Of a DNA stretch of 32,000 bases, positions 29,257-32,000 are shown in pieces. The stretch lies in NCBI RefSeq assembly GCF_000025945.1, contig NC_006138.1, forward strand, positions 3,330,001-3,362,000, given 5' to 3'. The position numbers were made by a program, and so were the translations under genes. The notes beneath the pieces were generated by a model, which worked only from the letters and a program-made list of their open reading frames with translations, was not told where the DNA came from and ran no database searches. The first letter of the stretch is position 1. Each line of letters begins with the position of its first letter. This stretch comes from Desulfotalea psychrophila LSv54. GTDB lineage: Bacteria; Desulfobacterota; Desulfobulbia; Desulfobulbales; Desulfocapsaceae.

Positions 29257-30000
29257 TCACCAACAGACATTGACCTTGCCTACACTAGGACCAAAGGCCT
29301 GGGTGCCACCCGCCTCGACAACGGTATGGACTACCTTATCCCGATCCCGAACCCGGACACCAGCCGCGCAGGAGACGGGAGTATCCGCATAGCAATCGGC
29401 AAGCAGAGGAGTAGAGGGGCCAAGAACGGTCACATAGCGGCAATCTACCACATGGGTAAGAAGATCATCGAAGGTTTCATTGATAATAGAGGTACCGGTA
29501 ATAATGGCCACCTCACATGCCGGCAGAAGATAGGGAATAGCCTCAGGAGACTGAATACCGGAGAAGGCTGGCGGATGCTCATCAAAAATGATCAGCTCAG
29601 CACCACTCTTGCGGATGGGATTTACCAAGGGCGCAAAATTACCCACCATACCCACCTTCATACCTGGCTGCAGAGAAAAATTCTCAATAAAATCCCCCTG
29701 GGAACTGGGCTGAACATGGGGCGCAAAAACCGCATTAGCCACGGCCAGAGCAACGGAATTAGCCGTGGATCCCTGCCCGGCAAAGGCCAGTAACTCAGCA
29801 ACAGATGAGCCGGCCAGCGGCCGCTTGGGCAAGGGCACATGACAACCTGAACCTAGGGCATCCTTAAAGACAAAGGCCAAACCACAGCTACCATTTTCCA
29901 ACTCTGCTACGCAGTAAGAAAGACCAATAAAAACAGACTTCACCCGCAGATCACCGCCACGCGTCATAGCCTGCTGTGCCACTCTTTCAATAAATTTCAT
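29257..30000 (-). CDS. DUF364/DUF4213 (putative heavy-metal chelation) domain protein
   Basis: MKFIERVAQQAMTRGGDLRVKSVFIGLSYCVAELENGSCGLAFVFKD...VGMVGNFAPLVNPIRKSGAELIIFDEHP...AIITGTSIINETFDDLL...VLGPSTPL. Confidence 0.8.
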   Translation of the reverse strand: MKFIERVAQQAMTRGGDLRVKSVFIGLSYCVAELENGSCGLAFVFKDALGSGCHVPLPKRPLAGSSVAELLAFAGQGSTANSVALAVANAVFAPHVQPSSQGDFIENFSLQPGMKVGMVGNFAPLVNPIRKSGAELIIFDEHPPAFSGIQSPEAIPYLLPACEVAIITGTSIINETFDDLLTHVVDCRYVTVLGPSTPLLADCYADTPVSCAAGVRVRDRDKVVHTVVEAGGTQAFGPSVGKVNVCW

Positions 30001-30060
30001 CACTTCCTCCTTAAAAAAATGCAGGATACATCTCATAGAATAAAGTAGCAAACTAAAATC

Positions 30061-31317
30061 CTAACGAATTTCGCCCACCATCAGGGGAGGATCGAGGAGT
30101 TGCGGGGCGAAAAATTCCTCACCCTCCTCATCGAGGAGAGACTGCATACAGTCAGCAAGCCCCCCACCAATCTCTCCATAGCCCGGCAAGAGCTCAAGCT
30201 GTTTAAAAATATCACGGGCCTCCTGCCAATGATGATCAAGCCAGTAAATCTGGCCCGCCAAGAGAAAAGCCTGAACGCGTAGTCCATCCTTTTTATGGCG
30301 CAAGGCCTTCCCCCCTAACTGCCCGACAGAATTCGGAGCCAAGAGGCAGAGGTATCTCTGCTGAGGGAGAAGGCGCAGACAGGCAAGGGCCAGAGAATTT
30401 TGGCCAAGGGCATAGTGTATTCTGGCCCGGACATAGGAGGATTCCATGTTGGGCGGGTCGCCGAGCAGGTCAAGCCTGACCAAGGCCTGACTATACTGAC
30501 AGGAACGAATCAACTCCTCAACCTGAAGGAGGGTGGGCGCACCCACCTCCTGCACCCGAACCTCCTCGTTGAAGGCATGCTGAATGCCATAGAGGCGGCT
30601 CAGCATCTGAGTATTGCCGGGGCGAGAGACCAGGGCCTGAGCCACCTCAAGATAAGCCGTAGCACGAGGATATGCTCGCCGGTTCACTGCAATCTGGGCA
30701 AGAAGCTGCCAGTTACTCACCACAGTGGGAGCAAGACGGACCAGTTGCCTGCCACTCTCTTCTGCCGCTTTCCACCTCTGACGGGCTATCTGACAATGAA
30801 TCTGCAGGAGAAGCCAGTGCCCTTTAACAGCCGCACCGCTGGTCAGCCTGGAAATTGCCTCTTCCGCAGAGGAGAACTGGCCCAAACGATAATAGGCAAA
30901 GGCAAGATAGTAATAAGCTGGACTAAGCCCCCCTGCCTCGCCCTCAAGAGCAATCACCCTCTGAAAAGAGTTCAGGGCTGGCGCAAAGAGCTCCTGACCC
31001 ATCTGGGCCATGCCCAAATTATAACAAAAGTTTTTCTTAGCAGGATAGAGAGAAACAGCCTGCTGCCAGGTCTGCAGGGCCTTTGCGTCATTGCCGAGAA
31101 GGGCATAGGCAAGGCCTGCATAGGAGAGGGCAAAAGAGAGAGGCCTCTTCCTCGCCAGAAGGGGACGAAGCGTCTCCAGAGCCTCTGCCGGGGCCTCTTT
31201 CTGCAAACAGGCCTGGCTCTTTTCTAAAAGAGCATAGTCCCTTTGTGAGACATGCTCCTGGCCATAGAGGAGAGGAGCTGAAAGAAAAAAAACAAGAAAC
31301 ACAGTGAGAATGCGCAT
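30061..31317 (-). CDS. tetratricopeptide repeat protein with signal peptide
   Basis: MRILTVFLVFFLSAPLLYGQEH signal-like N-term, then TPR-like repeats; start set at internal Met 31317 rather than the ORF track start 31401. Confidence 0.8.
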   Translation of the reverse strand: MRILTVFLVFFLSAPLLYGQEHVSQRDYALLEKSQACLQKEAPAEALETLRPLLARKRPLSFALSYAGLAYALLGNDAKALQTWQQAVSLYPAKKNFCYNLGMAQMGQELFAPALNSFQRVIALEGEAGGLSPAYYYLAFAYYRLGQFSSAEEAISRLTSGAAVKGHWLLLQIHCQIARQRWKAAEESGRQLVRLAPTVVSNWQLLAQIAVNRRAYPRATAYLEVAQALVSRPGNTQMLSRLYGIQHAFNEEVRVQEVGAPTLLQVEELIRSCQYSQALVRLDLLGDPPNMESSYVRARIHYALGQNSLALACLRLLPQQRYLCLLAPNSVGQLGGKALRHKKDGLRVQAFLLAGQIYWLDHHWQEARDIFKQLELLPGYGEIGGGLADCMQSLLDEEGEEFFAPQLLDPPLMVGEIR

Positions 31318-31327
31318 GGAGACCATC

Positions 31328-31987
31328 CTAGTCAAGGGTGAAGGAGAGGGGAATATCAACATAGACGGCCACCTTTTTTCCCTGATACCTGGCCGGAGCA
31401 AATTTCCACCTCTGCACCGTTTTCAGAGATACCCTTTCAAAGTAGCCCGGAGGATCAGCACTGATTATCTGCGCATCCCGGACAAGACCCGTAGCAGTCA
31501 CCAGACAACGAACAAGCACCTTGCCTTCCACCCCCTGGCCCTTGGCCTTTGCGGGATAGAGAGGTGGATAGTAGCGCAATAACTTAGGTGCCTGATCAAC
31601 ATTTGCCAGATCAAATATGCCGCCTGCGCCCATACCACTGAGCCCCGCTTTTCCCTGAGAAATATCCAGCACCGGCAGGCTGGCCGCCTGCATGGCTGGC
31701 AAGTTCATCTGCAGCGGGGCAAGGGCGATATCTATCTGCTCCATCTTCGCAGGAGGCCGGGGCAGAGGCTTTTTCAGCGTAGGCAGAGGCTTCACCTTCT
31801 CTCTTTTAATAATTTTCCTCTTTTCTGGCGGAGTATAGATGGAGGCCATAAGCTCTATGGGAGAGATGGGCTCCTGAGGGGGTGCCTGGGCACCACTCAT
31901 CATAAGAGGGGCAACAGAACAGAGAACTACTGTCACCAGAAGGGCACCCAAAAGAGCCAGACCATAACGTAAACAAACCTGCATCAT
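31328..31987 (-). CDS. TonB family energy transducer
   Basis: 219 aa; N-terminal TM, Pro/Lys-rich linker, C-term YYPPLYPAKAKGQGVEGKVLVRCLVTATGLVRDAQIISADPPGYFERVSLKTVQRWKFAPARYQGK. Confidence 0.92.
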   Translation of the reverse strand: MMQVCLRYGLALLGALLVTVVLCSVAPLMMSGAQAPPQEPISPIELMASIYTPPEKRKIIKREKVKPLPTLKKPLPRPPAKMEQIDIALAPLQMNLPAMQAASLPVLDISQGKAGLSGMGAGGIFDLANVDQAPKLLRYYPPLYPAKAKGQGVEGKVLVRCLVTATGLVRDAQIISADPPGYFERVSLKTVQRWKFAPARYQGKKVAVYVDIPLSFTLD

Positions 31988-32000
31988 AGACCTCCCCCTA

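Noticed and set aside
29218-29793. 191-aa plus-strand ORF
   Set aside because: Shadow of the DUF364-family gene on the minus strand.
30400-31227. 275-aa plus-strand ORF
   Set aside because: Antisense to the TPR gene, which has a signal peptide and repeat periodicity; the plus-strand translation looks non-coding (shadow ORF).

Overview
The window reads as a core-genome segment of a delta-proteobacterium; the gene content and order suggest a Desulfotalea-like organism, which is an inference. There is no CRISPR array, phage or intact IS. From left to right it carries: a lipid A / fatty acid cluster on the minus strand (lpxI partial, lpxA, fabZ, lpxD); a DUF1343/NamZ-like protein; a MetC-like PLP lyase; trpB; an EAL-like/HDOD protein; a PAS-GGDEF protein; class I fumarase; a U32 family protein; mnmA, mtaB, cinA and recA; an Lrp/AsnC regulator followed by lysA; a small uncharacterised ORF; an MscS channel; an SbmA/BacA-like transporter; a TrpR-like regulator; a ThiI/TtuA-like ATP-PPase; a DtxR-family repressor; a GNAT acetyltransferase; tRNA-Tyr, tRNA-Gly and tRNA-Thr; a SHOCT protein; a DUF364 protein; a TPR protein; and a TonB protein. 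The strongest hidden feature is a 74-codon SelW/Rdx-type selenoprotein gene at 27239..27463 on the minus strand, absent from the ORF track. It has an in-frame UGA in a CTRU motif, a Shine-Dalgarno sequence, and a 6-bp hairpin with a GUU loop placed like a bacterial SECIS. Second is a 176-bp MITE-like element at 22175..22350, with 12/15 imperfect terminal inverted repeats and flanking TAA duplications, inserted at the stop codon of a small ORF. Other leads are an amber-interrupted ORF (TAG) overlapping the ThiI-like gene, AACCACAGAG-type intergenic repeats, and a possible IS-end remnant.
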